Origin: Mogibacterium sp.
GTDB lineage: Bacteria; Bacillota; Clostridia; Peptostreptococcales; Anaerovoracaceae
DNA length: 55,721 nucleotides
Assembly (NCBI GenBank): GCA_017434585.1
Contig: JAFRFA010000134.1
Coordinates: 1 to 55,721, forward strand
Reading direction: 5' to 3'
In this document: positions 36,701 to 45,662 of the stretch, in pieces
Position numbering within the stretch: the stretch's first letter is position 1
Layout: every line of letters begins with the position of its first letter
Notes under the pieces: generated by a model
The model's input: only the letters and a program-made list of their open reading frames with translations
Databases searched by the model: none
What the model was told of the DNA's origin: nothing
Position numbers and translations under genes: made by a program

Positions 36701-38039
36701 AGCCCGACGAGCACGCCTCGTTCAGCATAATGCTGCTAATGGCGCCGTCGTGTATCTTCATGCACTTCATATCCTGTCCGCCTATATCCAGTATAAAACT
36801 GACCTCAGGCATGAACTGCTTTGCAGCCTTGTAATGGGCCATGGTCTCGATCTCGCCACCGTCGATCCTGTAGGCCGCCTGGACGAGTCCTTCCCCGTAG
36901 CCTGTGACGACCGACCTGCCTATGTACGCGTCTTCAGGCAGTTCTGAATAGATATCTTTCAGGATCTGCCTTACGACTTCGAGAGGGTCTCCTTCGTTGT
37001 TGCTGTAATGCTCGTATATGAGCTCCTTGCTGCGATTGATGAGCGCCGCTTTTGTCGTTGTTGATCCCGCGTCGATGCCGAGGAACACCGGGCCGGAAAC
37101 CTCGGATATATTCCCTCTTTTTATCCTGTCTCTTGCATGTCTTTCCCTGAACTCTCTGAGCTCATCTTCGTCGAGGAAGAGCGGTCTCATGTACTTCGTA
37201 TCCGTTATCTCATCGGGAGACGCATTGTCGAGCCTTTTGATCAGGGAATCAAGCTCTGCTGCTTCAGCCTTTTCGGCGAGATACGCAGCGCCTATGGCAA
37301 CGAAAAACTTTGCGTTCTCAGGGAATATGACATTTTCTTCTTTAAGAGAAAGAGTCTCGATGAATCTGTTTCTGAGCTCTGAAAGATATTCGAGAGGTCC
37401 TCCAAGAAATGCGACATTGCCCCTGATAGGATGTCCGCAGGCAAGACCTGATATCATCTGGTTCACAACAGCCTGGAATATCGACGCTGCTATGTCGGCC
37501 GTCTTTGCACCGTCGTTGATAAGCGGCTGAATGTCCGTCTTTGCGAATACGCCGCAGCGCGAAGCTATAGGATAGATCATCTCGTGATCTTTTGCGGCCT
37601 CGTTCAGGCCCCCCGCGTCCGTATTGAGCAGCACTGCCATCTGGTCGATGAAAGCGCCTGTTCCTCCGGCGCATGTGCCGTTCATCCTCTGCTCGACAGT
37701 CTGTCCGTAGAACGTTATTTTGGCATCCTCTCCGCCGAGCTCGATCGCTACGTCGGTCTGAGGTATGAGTTCTTCTACCGCTCTGCTGCAGGCTATGACC
37801 TCCTGCTCGAACCTTATGCCCAGAAGATCGGCAAGCGAAAGCCCGCCGGACCCTGTGATAACGGGTCTGACGCTGATATTCCCTTTTGTCTTTCTCATCT
37901 CCCGGATGAGTTCTCCGGCTTTTTCAAATACGTTCGACATGTGCCGTTCGTACTTCGAATAAACTACTTTGCCGGTCTCATCCATCAGGACGAGTTTGAC
38001 TGTCGTTGATCCTACATCGATACCTAATCTTAGTTCCAT
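33714..38039 (-). CDS. giant fusion protein: two BcrAD/BadFG/HgdC-type activase ATPase domains + 2-hydroxyacyl-CoA-dehydratase-like (DUF2229-type) modules
   Basis: Two acetate/sugar-kinase-fold ATPase starts are present, LGIDVGSTTVKLVL and FLGIDAGSTTTKAAL. A Cys-rich segment (NARCGGCGNNCLLT) follows, then a long C-terminal region typical of 'CoA-substrate-specific enzyme activase' giant proteins of Clostridia. The start is set at the ATG at 38039 (MELRLGIDVGS...) because the upstream 21 codons of the track ORF lie inside rnpB. Confidence 0.8.
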   Translation of the reverse strand: MELRLGIDVGSTTVKLVLMDETGKVVYSKYERHMSNVFEKAGELIREMRKTKGNISVRPVITGSGGLSLADLLGIRFEQEVIACSRAVEELIPQTDVAIELGGEDAKITFYGQTVEQRMNGTCAGGTGAFIDQMAVLLNTDAGGLNEAAKDHEMIYPIASRCGVFAKTDIQPLINDGAKTADIAASIFQAVVNQMISGLACGHPIRGNVAFLGGPLEYLSELRNRFIETLSLKEENVIFPENAKFFVAIGAAYLAEKAEAAELDSLIKRLDNASPDEITDTKYMRPLFLDEDELREFRERHARDRIKRGNISEVSGPVFLGIDAGSTTTKAALINRSKELIYEHYSNNEGDPLEVVRQILKDIYSELPEDAYIGRSVVTGYGEGLVQAAYRIDGGEIETMAHYKAAKQFMPEVSFILDIGGQDMKCMKIHDGAISSIMLNEACSSGCGSFIETYAKSVSMSVPEFAEEALRSKKPVDLGTRCTVFMNSKVKQAQKEGSSIADISAGLSYSVIKNALYKVIKLRNTSDTGPNVVVQGGTFLNEAVLRSLEIILGKDVIRPDISGLMGAFGSAIIACDDYKEGDRSTVLPLEQVDSFSVATSNARCGGCGNNCLLTISRFADGSRYITGNRCEKGAGISSKKSDLPNLYRTKAKLLFDRPVLSESEAKRGIIGIPRVLNMYENYPFWHAFFTHLGFRIVLSPPTNKDMYQNGMDTISSDTACYPAKVVHGHIKWLVENGVKRIFYPSINYEAVEDKTAPNHYNCPVVATYPEVIDKNMADYFYDNDVEFYHPFVPYDNDERFVREMTKFFCGTRQVDVSNAENVVESYHLGRDDREYSLFDLDTDTTEITHALEAGRKAQKEYRSRVAKAGNDAIRYMRDHGRKGIILSGRPYHVDPEINHGIDDLITQQGMVVLSEDSVSWKISTARPVRILDQWVYHSRLYKAAIFAGQNDDIEVIQLNSFGCGLDAVTTDEVDELLQQNNKLYTVLKIDEGANLGAAKIRIRSLKAALDEREKLGTKPKRINIPYVRKIFTKKMRMEGYTLLIPQMSPLHFQYFEPILRKAGYNGILLPAVTKESEEEGLRYVNNDACYPTIVTLGQIIYALKSGEYDLDKTAVFMSQTGGGCRASNYVALLRKALKDLGMEQVPVISFNMVGLEKNPGFKLTVGLLRKMVFASLYGDLMMKCLYRVRPYEIEKGSAQALMDSWFDRIIDNCTDLSRKTFVRNLNAIVSDFDDLPIHEDIVKPRVGVVGEILVKYHPNANNNLVETIEEEGGEAVVPSFIDFFEYGFLNKIYNYNNLSGTYKDMIINRAGIEFIEHYRKYVRDACAKSRRFTPDHKIEETAANAERFISVGNQCGEGWLLTGEMVDLIDDGVKNILCLQPFACLPNHVAGKGMLKALRQYDEKANIVAIDYDPGASTVNQLNRIKLMMSTAFKNLEDTDA

Positions 38040-38057
38040 ATACCTGTAATAAATAAA

Positions 38058-38399
38058 ATTGGGCAGACCGTAAGCCGGGTTCTGTATTAGACGATCATCC
38101 ATCTGGGACTGCAGTTGCCTGCAGCCTCTAGCGACTTACCTTCGGGCGGGTACGGGCCGCACCGCAAAATGCCCTACTTAGTCTTGCTCCGGATGGGGTT
38201 TACACGGCCGTCATGTCTCCATGACGCCGGTGAGCTCTTGCCTCACCATTTCAACCTTGCCACGGCATTACCCGTTTCGGCGGTATGTTTCTGTTGCACT
38301 TTCCCTACAGTTGCCTGCGGCGGACGTTATCCGTCATCCCTGCCCTGCGGAGCCCGGACTTTCCTCATGCGTATGCACGCGATCGTCTGGTCTGCCCAA
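38058..38399 (-). ncRNA. rnpB: RNase P RNA, bacterial type A
   Basis: The minus strand carries GAGGAAAGTCCGGGCTCC (38366-38349, P4 5' strand). It also carries ACAGAACCCGGCTTA (38085-38071, P4 3' strand) and GGTTGAAATGGTGAGGCAAGAGCTCACCGG (the J11/12-P12 region). P1 pairs GGGCAGACC (38397-38389) with GGTCTGCCC (38069-38061). The ends are approximate to within a few nt. Confidence 0.85.
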
Positions 38400-38421
38400 A
38401 CGCATTGAATATTATATTTCT

Positions 38422-39165
38422 TTAAAATGTATTTTCAAGAGTTTTATTTCTGCTTTCTGTCTGCGAAAGAAGCGAGCTGAGATATTCAAGCTCCCTGTTG
38501 AGATCAGCGATCTTTTCGTTGCCGCTGCCGCTCTTTTGCAGGTTTGCGATCTGTTCTCTTATGCTGCCGGCCTTCCAGCCTATCCTGTTTGCGGCGAGTA
38601 CCGGATCAGCTTCAGCAAGCGACGGAGGATACTTCCATCGGATATCATCTTCTGGATAAGGAGGATCTTTCGATTTATCTCCGGAAGGCACGGCCGTTAT
38701 TATCTCGCATGCGAATTTGCCTTCTCCGGCAAGAGTGTCCGTCAGGATGTCCCAGCCGTTCACATAAAGCCAGTATCTGAGAGCACCGGAATGCTTTCTC
38801 GGCTGCAGGATGAGCCTTCTGAAGCTGCGGCTCTTTTCGATGTCCGCATCGAGTATGCCGGCTATGGTGTGGCCTCCGAGACCGCCAATTATGATCTCAT
38901 CGACCTCTCCGGCTCCGATCGTCTCAAGGCCGTCGCCGGTCCTGAAGTCTTCGTCTCTGACTTTATCCATGAGTCCGCACTGCCTGAACGTCTCCCTTGC
39001 CTTGGCAAGCGATCCTTCGGAAATGTCCGACATTATAACGCGGGGACTGATGCCGTACCTTATCAAAAGCATCGGGACGTATCCGTGATCCGTCCCGATA
39101 TCTGCTGCTGTATGTCCTTTGACAACGCTGTCTGCCAGCGCGTATATCCTTTTGCTGAGCCTCAT
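38422..39165 (-). CDS. trmK: tRNA (adenine22-N1)-methyltransferase TrmK
   Basis: The 247-aa ORF contains DIGTDHGYVPMLL, VIMSDISEGSLAKARE and IGGLGGHTI, with a C-terminal coiled-coil. It sits in the conserved rpoD-trmK order of Firmicutes. Confidence 0.85.
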   Translation of the reverse strand: MRLSKRIYALADSVVKGHTAADIGTDHGYVPMLLIRYGISPRVIMSDISEGSLAKARETFRQCGLMDKVRDEDFRTGDGLETIGAGEVDEIIIGGLGGHTIAGILDADIEKSRSFRRLILQPRKHSGALRYWLYVNGWDILTDTLAGEGKFACEIITAVPSGDKSKDPPYPEDDIRWKYPPSLAEADPVLAANRIGWKAGSIREQIANLQKSGSGNEKIADLNRELEYLSSLLSQTESRNKTLENTF

Positions 39166-39186
39166 TGGTCTCCTGTCCCGGGATCC

Positions 39187-40437
39187 CTACTCGAGGTAGT
39201 CCTTGAGCTTCTTGCTTCGGCTCGGATGCCTGAGCTTTCTGAGAGCCTTGGCCTCGATCTGACGTATCCTCTCGCGGGTAACATTGAATTCTCTGCCCAC
39301 CTCTTCGAGTGTGCGCGGACGTCCGTCATCGAGTCCGAATCTGAGTATAAGGACCTTCTTCTCTCTCTCGCTCAGAGTATCGAGCACCTCGCGGAGCTGT
39401 TTCTGGAGCATCGAATACGCAGCGGCGTCGACCGGTGAAGGGATATCCTCATCAGGTATGAAGTCTCCGAGGTGGCTGTCTTCCTCTTCGCCTATAGGCG
39501 TCTCGAGCGATACAGGATCCTGGCTGATCTTCTTTATCTCTCTTACCTTTTCGACTGAGATGCCCATCTCTTTTGCGATCTCCTCACTGGTCGGCTCTCT
39601 GCCGTACTCCTGGAGCAGCTGTCTGGATATCCTGATCAGCTTGTTGATGGTCTCTACCATGTGGACCGGTATGCGGATGGTCCTTGCCTGGTCTGCGATA
39701 GACCTGGTGATGGCCTGCCTGATCCACCATGTCGCGTATGTGCTGAACTTATATCCTTTTGTATAGTCGAATTTTTCGACTGCCTTGATAAGACCGAGGT
39801 TGCCTTCCTGTATGAGGTCTAGGAACGAAAGACCTCTGTTGAGGTATCTTCTTGCAATGGATACGACGAGTCTCAGGTTGGATTCGCAGAGTTTCTTCTT
39901 GGCCTCCTCATCGCCCTGTTCGATACGTATTGCAAGCTCTCTCTCTTCTTCTGCGGTCAGCAGAGGCACCTTGCCTATCTCCTTGAAATACATCCTGACT
40001 GGATCATCCGTCGGGATATTCTTTGCAGCATCGGTGACTTCGATCTCACCTGACGATTTGATGACTACTCCGCTCTTCTTTTCGTCCTCTTCGTCATTGA
40101 TGATATCATCGCCTTCCATCTCCATCTCGAGGATCTCGTCATCATCGACATCGTCATCTTCGAGTTCGATCGATGTCGGTTCTCTGGACTCGATGATACT
40201 GATGTTGCGGCTCTCTACAAGATCGTATATCTCTTCGAGAGTATCCTTGTCAGGAGTCACATCCGACAGCATCGCGTTGATCTCGGCATATGTGACCTCG
40301 TTGCCTGTCAGCTTGGCTGTCTCGACTATCGAGTTCGCGAGTTCTTCGGTCCTGGACACTTCAGCACGGGTCTCTTTTTCGTCATCATCGTAGATGCCGT
40401 CCATTTGCTTGATTGAATTCTTTACATCTTCAGGCAT
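39187..40437 (-). CDS. rpoD: RNA polymerase primary sigma factor (SigA/RpoD)
   Basis: The 416-aa ORF has an acidic region 1.1. Region 2 reads [12 protein letters not shown]...[16 protein letters not shown] and [15 protein letters not shown]. Region 4 reads [20 protein letters not shown]. Confidence 0.95.
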   Translation of the reverse strand: MPEDVKNSIKQMDGIYDDDEKETRAEVSRTEELANSIVETAKLTGNEVTYAEINAMLSDVTPDKDTLEEIYDLVESRNISIIESREPTSIELEDDDVDDDEILEMEMEGDDIINDEEDEKKSGVVIKSSGEIEVTDAAKNIPTDDPVRMYFKEIGKVPLLTAEEERELAIRIEQGDEEAKKKLCESNLRLVVSIARRYLNRGLSFLDLIQEGNLGLIKAVEKFDYTKGYKFSTYATWWIRQAITRSIADQARTIRIPVHMVETINKLIRISRQLLQEYGREPTSEEIAKEMGISVEKVREIKKISQDPVSLETPIGEEEDSHLGDFIPDEDIPSPVDAAAYSMLQKQLREVLDTLSEREKKVLILRFGLDDGRPRTLEEVGREFNVTRERIRQIEAKALRKLRHPSRSKKLKDYLE

Positions 40438-42227
40438 TATCTTTCCTCCATTGTATTCTTGATGAGTTCATCGAGTTCGATAAGGCGCATCGCGAGTCTT
40501 TCAACTTCATCGGTCCTGCCCATCTTTTCGGCTACCGCTATATTGTTCGTGACCTCTGCCTTTTCGTCCCGGTATCTTCCCTGCAGGTACCCTGCTTTCG
40601 TTTCTTTGTAGAAAGCCTCATCATCGGGTCCCGTCCGGATCGATGAAAGCTGCCCCGAGAACTCGGCTTCTTCATCAGGATCGAGCGCTTCGAATATCTT
40701 TTCCTTTTCTATCCCGTGGACCGAATTTGCTTCTTTAGCATATATCGATTCTTCAACGAGCAGTATCTTATTCGCAAGCGCGCTTCTGAATTCGATGCCG
40801 TCTTCTCTGAAGCGCTTTATATATCTCGGATCATGCATCGCCAGAATGACGAATGCCGTCTCAAGCCTTTCGTAATACCCTGTATCCAGGGACTTCTTTG
40901 CAGTATCCCTTACTGCCCGCTCGCTTCTGAGCCCTGACTGTCTGTCCCCGGTCCGGCTTTCTCTCGTGCCGGTCTGCACTGCCATGCTTATCGCGTGCCC
41001 GGATATGCCGAACTCTTCGGAAAGCTTCCGGGTATATATGTCGAGCTCGACCGGGCCGAGCTGTGAGAGTATCGGTACGACTCTTTCGATGTACTCGAGC
41101 ACATCCCTGTCGTTCGTAAGATCGAAGCCGCGTCTTGCGAGCATGAGCTTGTAGTCGGTCGCAGGGACCGCCTCATCTGCCAGCCTGAGAAAAGCTTCTT
41201 TGCCATGGGCTTTTATGAAGTCATCGGGATCCTTGCCGTCCGTGACCGTGAGCACCCTGGCCTTTCCGCCGGCGGCGCTTATGACATCGATACCTCTTAG
41301 AGCAGCATTGATACCGGCAGCATCGGAATCATATGACAGAACGATATTCTTCGAGTACCGGCACAGCAGTCTGGCCTGGTTGAGCGTCAGCGCCGTTCCG
41401 AGAGACGCAGCGACATTTTTCACTCCGTTCTGGTACAGCGAGATCATGTCCATGTAGCCTTCGACGATTATGGCTCTCTGCTCTCTGTCTATCTCTTTTT
41501 TCGTGAGGTTCAGTCCGAAAAGATTGTTCTTCTTGAGGAATATCTCGCTCTCTGGCGAATTCAGGTATTTCGGCTTGTAATCGCCGATGGCGCGTCCTCC
41601 GAAGCCTATCACCTTGTCCTGGGTGCTGATGATCGGAAACATTACCCTGTCCCTGAATTTATCATACAGACCGCCTTTGCCGCTGTTTGCGAGTCCAAGC
41701 CTGATCATGTCTTCATCGCTGACGCCCTCTTCTCTGAGGTGATCAACAAGAGCGTGTCCCGATGCGGGAGCGTAGCCTAGTCCGAATGCGGTGATAGTTT
41801 CCTTTGAAAGCCCGCGGTTTCTGAGATATGCCAGGCCTTTGTTGCCTTTACGGCCGAGAGAGTTGTAGAAGAACCTCGCGGCCTTCGCGTTGATACCGTG
41901 ATACTTGTCGTAGTCTATCTTAGGTCCGCTGCTCCTCCGTTCCGGAAGCTTTATGCCGTTCTCCCTGGCGAGTTTTTCGACCGCTTCCATGAACGGCAGC
42001 TTGTAATACTCGGATACAAAGCTTATGACATCGCCCGACTTTCCGCAGCCGAAGCAGTGATAGAACTGCTTCCCCTCGTTTACACTGAACGAAGGAGTCT
42101 TTTCGGAATGGAACGGACACAGCCCCATGTAGCCCGAGCCTGACCTCTTCAGAGCGACTTCGCGGCCTATGATGTCCACTATGTTGAGCTGAGCTTTTAA
42201 TTCATCTGTGAAGTTGTCATAAGCCAT
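40437..42227 (-). CDS. dnaG: DNA primase
   Basis: The 596-aa ORF has a zinc ribbon ([13 protein letters not shown]...[11 protein letters not shown]), a TOPRIM domain ([21 protein letters not shown]) and a C-terminal helicase-interaction domain. Confidence 0.95.
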   Translation of the reverse strand: MAYDNFTDELKAQLNIVDIIGREVALKRSGSGYMGLCPFHSEKTPSFSVNEGKQFYHCFGCGKSGDVISFVSEYYKLPFMEAVEKLARENGIKLPERRSSGPKIDYDKYHGINAKAARFFYNSLGRKGNKGLAYLRNRGLSKETITAFGLGYAPASGHALVDHLREEGVSDEDMIRLGLANSGKGGLYDKFRDRVMFPIISTQDKVIGFGGRAIGDYKPKYLNSPESEIFLKKNNLFGLNLTKKEIDREQRAIIVEGYMDMISLYQNGVKNVAASLGTALTLNQARLLCRYSKNIVLSYDSDAAGINAALRGIDVISAAGGKARVLTVTDGKDPDDFIKAHGKEAFLRLADEAVPATDYKLMLARRGFDLTNDRDVLEYIERVVPILSQLGPVELDIYTRKLSEEFGISGHAISMAVQTGTRESRTGDRQSGLRSERAVRDTAKKSLDTGYYERLETAFVILAMHDPRYIKRFREDGIEFRSALANKILLVEESIYAKEANSVHGIEKEKIFEALDPDEEAEFSGQLSSIRTGPDDEAFYKETKAGYLQGRYRDEKAEVTNNIAVAEKMGRTDEVERLAMRLIELDELIKNTMEER

Positions 42228-42230
42228 TGG

Positions 42231-43247
42231 CTAAAGCTGCCTCCATCCCTGCGGCACGAAGAGTTTCCCGTACATCTCGAGCGCATACCTGTCAGTCATG
42301 CCCGATATCCAGTCCCTTACGGCTGCGTGGGTCCCTTCTTCTTCCCATACCGTCCTGTATATGCCCTGTATCTCGTCAGGATGCTCGAGAAAATAGTCGT
42401 AAAGCGATGTGATGACCTTTTCGACCTTGTCGAGATCAGCTGTCGTACGCACATCAGGCGAATGATATACCGTCCTGAAAAGGAACGCCCTCAGATCAAG
42501 AAGAGCATAACTGGATTCCGGCGAAAGCTCTACACTGTCCTTTCCTTCGCTGTTTGAGCAAAGATCGGCTATCAGCTTGTTGATCCTGTCGCTGTGTGTA
42601 TATCCGAGCACTTCAAGGTCCTTCTGCGGAAGGTCTTCCATAGTGAGAATACCGCTTCTTACAGCATCATCGATGTCGTGATTGACGTACGCTATCCTGT
42701 CGCAGATCTTTACGATCTGGCCTTCGAGAGTCACCGGTCTGACCGGGCCCCGGTGATTCAGTATCCCGTCCCTCACCTCGTATGTAAGGTTGAGACCTCT
42801 TCTTCTGGAAGTCTCTTCGAGTTTATCTACTGTTCTGAGGCTCTGCTCATTATGCGAAAATCCTCCCGGGTGGATATTGTTTAGTACCCTCTCGCCTACG
42901 TGGCCGAAAGGAGTATGTCCGAGATCGTGCCCAAGAGCTATGGCTTCGGTAAGATCTTCGTTATATGCGAGTATCTTGGCCACAGTGCGGGATATCTGCG
43001 CCACCTCGAGGGTGTGCGTCAGTCTCGTGCGGTAATGATCAGTCTCAGGAGCCAGAAACACCTGGGTCTTGTGTATCAGTCTCCTGAACGCCTTTGAATG
43101 GATTATCCTGTCTCTGTCCCTCTGATATACCGTCCTGAATTCGCACTGTTCCTCATCATAGACCCTGCCTTTTGATTCGGCGGCCTTGGATGCGAGCGGC
43201 GAAAGCATCTCGTATTCCCTTTTTTCTGCGTCTTCTCTGTATATCAC
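42231..43247 (-). CDS. dgt: dGTP triphosphohydrolase-like HD-domain protein
   Basis: The 338-aa ORF contains FQRDRDRIIHSKAFRRL, RLTHTLEV, GHDLGHTPFGH and NHDIDD. Confidence 0.9.
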   Translation of the reverse strand: MIYREDAEKREYEMLSPLASKAAESKGRVYDEEQCEFRTVYQRDRDRIIHSKAFRRLIHKTQVFLAPETDHYRTRLTHTLEVAQISRTVAKILAYNEDLTEAIALGHDLGHTPFGHVGERVLNNIHPGGFSHNEQSLRTVDKLEETSRRRGLNLTYEVRDGILNHRGPVRPVTLEGQIVKICDRIAYVNHDIDDAVRSGILTMEDLPQKDLEVLGYTHSDRINKLIADLCSNSEGKDSVELSPESSYALLDLRAFLFRTVYHSPDVRTTADLDKVEKVITSLYDYFLEHPDEIQGIYRTVWEEEGTHAAVRDWISGMTDRYALEMYGKLFVPQGWRQL

Positions 43248-43268
43248 TGATAAAATTTACCGGTATAC

Positions 43269-43817
43269 TTACTCGCCGTCTTCTGCGGTCTGCTCCGGAT
43301 CAGTATCTGAAACGATCATATCAGCCAGTCTGACATCATATCCGTCAAGGCCGTAGTCAAGAGCGAGCCTGAAGTCGTGATCTGCGTCATCTCCGAGGAG
43401 CTTTGCAGCCGCTGTATCATATCTTGCGTCCCTGACGCTCTTTTCTGTACCGTTCAGCCGGTCGAAGACGTTGAGATCGTGCACATACCATTTACGGAAT
43501 CTGGATATCTCTGATGCAAGAGATGATATGTCTTCATCCGTCATCCCGTCATATACCATGCCGTCGAATGCCCTTCTTATAGAATCTACGGTTATGTACA
43601 TCTCTGTCTCATTATCAGGCAGATGATCCAGGAAGGCTTCGAAATACGAATCGAAATGCTCTGCAAGCTTTCCGGCATCTACATCTTTAAGGAGGTCTTT
43701 TATGAGGTTCTCTTCGATGAACTCATCCTCTTCGAGCAGCGCCGAGAGATTCTCATAGAACTTGAACTCATCGGGGCTGTCTATATCCAGTATGTTGTAG
43801 AATCTGACCTTGTCCAT
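43269..43817 (-). CDS. hypothetical highly acidic protein
   Basis: This 182-aa ORF has no family I recognise. By my count it has 48 Asp+Glu against about 19 Lys+Arg. It is co-oriented with dgt and 21 nt upstream of it. Coding is supported by length, frame and codon style only. There is no clear Shine-Dalgarno sequence. Confidence 0.6.
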   Translation of the reverse strand: MDKVRFYNILDIDSPDEFKFYENLSALLEEDEFIEENLIKDLLKDVDAGKLAEHFDSYFEAFLDHLPDNETEMYITVDSIRRAFDGMVYDGMTDEDISSLASEISRFRKWYVHDLNVFDRLNGTEKSVRDARYDTAAAKLLGDDADHDFRLALDYGLDGYDVRLADMIVSDTDPEQTAEDGE

Positions 43818-43894
43818 ATACGAAACACATTCAATTATATTTGTCTTTGTGGTACAATTTACGAAAGCATATTATAACACACGGAGCACTTAAA

Positions 43895-44692
43895 ATGAAG
43901 ATATACGTATTCTCCAATTTCAAGGATGATTCGCGCAATGCGCTCAGGGAACTTACATCCCTTCTTGATGAATTCGGGTTTGAGATGCTCGACGAGTATT
44001 CCGAAGAAGCCGATGTCCTCGCCTGTATAGGAGGCGACGGCACTTTCCTGAGTTTCGTACATAAATGCGGCTTTCCTTCCGCGCCTATTATCGGCATCAA
44101 TACCGGACATCTCGGATTCTTCCAGGAAGCATCGCCGCGCAATCTCAGACCGACGCTCGAATACATTTCAAAGGGCGATTACCAGCTCCAGAAGATAAGA
44201 CCTGTACAGGCCAGAATAATCACCAGAAGAGGTGAATTCTTTCGTACAGGTATCAACGAGATCGTGGTCAGAGGTCCTTTCTCCCACGCCTCTCATTACG
44301 AGATATCCATAGACAACACGAAGATCCAGGATTTTTCCGGAGACGGTCTCATCATTTCCACTCCGGTCGGCTCGACCGCTTATAACTACTCTCTCGGCGG
44401 CTCCCTCGTCTCACCTGAACTCGAGGTTCTGCAGATCACCCCTATCGCGCCGATGAGCACCAATGCATACAGGTGCTTCAGATCGAGCATACTCCTTCCT
44501 TCAAAGGAGACCATCACCATCGCGGGTACAGGCAGATGCGAAGGCGGCTCTGTCATGGTCTCATTCGACGGACGAACTCACGAATTCGGCGGCGTTCTCA
44601 GGATAGAGATCACGCAGTCGGATAAAGAGGTGCGTCTTATACGCACATCAAAGTACGACCACTGGAACAAACTCTCAAGCAAACTCCTCTGA
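43895..44692 (+). CDS. nadK: NAD kinase
   Basis: The protein starts MKIYVFSN... and contains GGDGTFL, NTGHLGFF and STPVGSTAYNYSLGG. The start is the ATG at 43895 with GGAG 8 nt upstream. The track start at 43841 is TTG. Confidence 0.9.
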   Translation: MKIYVFSNFKDDSRNALRELTSLLDEFGFEMLDEYSEEADVLACIGGDGTFLSFVHKCGFPSAPIIGINTGHLGFFQEASPRNLRPTLEYISKGDYQLQKIRPVQARIITRRGEFFRTGINEIVVRGPFSHASHYEISIDNTKIQDFSGDGLIISTPVGSTAYNYSLGGSLVSPELEVLQITPIAPMSTNAYRCFRSSILLPSKETITIAGTGRCEGGSVMVSFDGRTHEFGGVLRIEITQSDKEVRLIRTSKYDHWNKLSSKLL

Positions 44693-45621
44693 TGGCAAAA
44701 TACGAACACCTTGTAACAGATGAAGAGACCGGTCTGACGATCAACCAGATTCTCCGCCGCAACTATAAGTTCTCGGCAAGGTTCAGGACCAAGATGAAGT
44801 ATCAGTCGCTCGTCGACCTCAACGGAACGCCGACTCCGGGATATGTGAAGCCCGGAGCCGGTGATATTATTGGTGTGAGGCTTCCTGAAGAAACAAGCGA
44901 TTTCCCCGCTCAGGATATACCTCTCGATATCATATATGAGGATGACGACATCATCATGATCAACAAGCAGCCCGGTGTCATCGTTCATCCGACAAAGGGC
45001 CATCCGGATCACACGATAGCGAACGGAGTGATGAAGTACATGGCTGACAGCGGCCAGTCATTCAAGGTCCGCTTTGCCAACCGCATCGATATGGACACCT
45101 CGGGACTCATAATCGTCTGCAAAAATGCAAACGCTCAGAACGAGCTTTCCAACCAGATGCGGCAAAATACAGTAGTAAAGAAATACATCGCTCTTGTTGA
45201 AGGTGATGTATCCGAAGATCACTTCTTCATCGATTTTCCTATTGGGCGTCCTGATTCCGTGTCCATACAGCGCTGCCACATGGAAGTTGAGGACGGCGGC
45301 AAGGAGGCCAGATCCGAAGTCAGAGTGCTTGAACGATATAAGAGTTCCGGGTACGGGCCCCACACCCTCGTCGAAGTCACTCTGCATACGGGGCGCACCC
45401 ATCAGATAAGAGTTCACCTTTCACATATCGGCAACAGGATTGCCGGAGACAGGCTCTATGGCGGCAGTACAGAGCTGATAGACCGCCAGGCGCTGCACGC
45501 ATATTATATCGAATTCGATCATCCGGTCTCTGGAGAACGCGTCAGCTTTGATGCTCCCCTTCCGGAAGATATCCGGGCAGCAGCAGAACGGTGTAAAACA
45601 GGTTATCAAAATGGTGTATAG
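44692..45621 (+). CDS. RluA-family 23S rRNA/tRNA pseudouridine synthase (RluD-like, S4 domain N-terminus)
   Basis: The 309-aa ORF contains IIYEDDDIIMINKQPGVIVHP, ANRIDMDTSGLIIVCKN and TGRTHQIRVHLSHIGNRIAGDRLYG. Confidence 0.9.
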   Translation: MAKYEHLVTDEETGLTINQILRRNYKFSARFRTKMKYQSLVDLNGTPTPGYVKPGAGDIIGVRLPEETSDFPAQDIPLDIIYEDDDIIMINKQPGVIVHPTKGHPDHTIANGVMKYMADSGQSFKVRFANRIDMDTSGLIIVCKNANAQNELSNQMRQNTVVKKYIALVEGDVSEDHFFIDFPIGRPDSVSIQRCHMEVEDGGKEARSEVRVLERYKSSGYGPHTLVEVTLHTGRTHQIRVHLSHIGNRIAGDRLYGGSTELIDRQALHAYYIEFDHPVSGERVSFDAPLPEDIRAAAERCKTGYQNGV

Positions 45622-45662
45622 ATCGCCTCTTGCAGGCGATCCATACACCATTTTACTGTTTT
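45613..45662 (+). terminator. strong intrinsic terminator after the rluA-like gene (possibly bidirectional)
   Basis: GGTGTATAGATCGCCT (45613-45628) pairs with AGGCGATCCATACACC (45634-45649) at 15 bp with one mismatch and a 5-nt loop. It is followed by ATTTTACTGTTTT. The stem overlaps the TAG stop. Confidence 0.7.

Noticed and set aside
38040-38102. The giant activase ORF has an N-terminal extension (MDDRLIQNPAYGLPNFIYYRY) back to the ATG at 38102.
   Set aside because: These codons coincide with the P4 3' strand and P1 of RNase P RNA (ACAGAACCCGGCTTA, GGTCTGCCC). The conserved ATPase N-terminus begins at MELRLGIDVGS (ATG at 38039).
43818-43894. Divergent promoters may lie in the 77-nt spacer between the acidic-protein gene and nadK. 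Candidates are TGGTACAAT on the plus strand (43850-43858), and TGTTATAAT (43879-43871) and TATAAT (43839-43834) on the minus strand.
   Set aside because: It is not listed as a feature because several equally plausible -10 boxes exist in this AT-rich spacer and no convincing -35 partners. It is mentioned only in connection with the possible leaderless start of the acidic protein.
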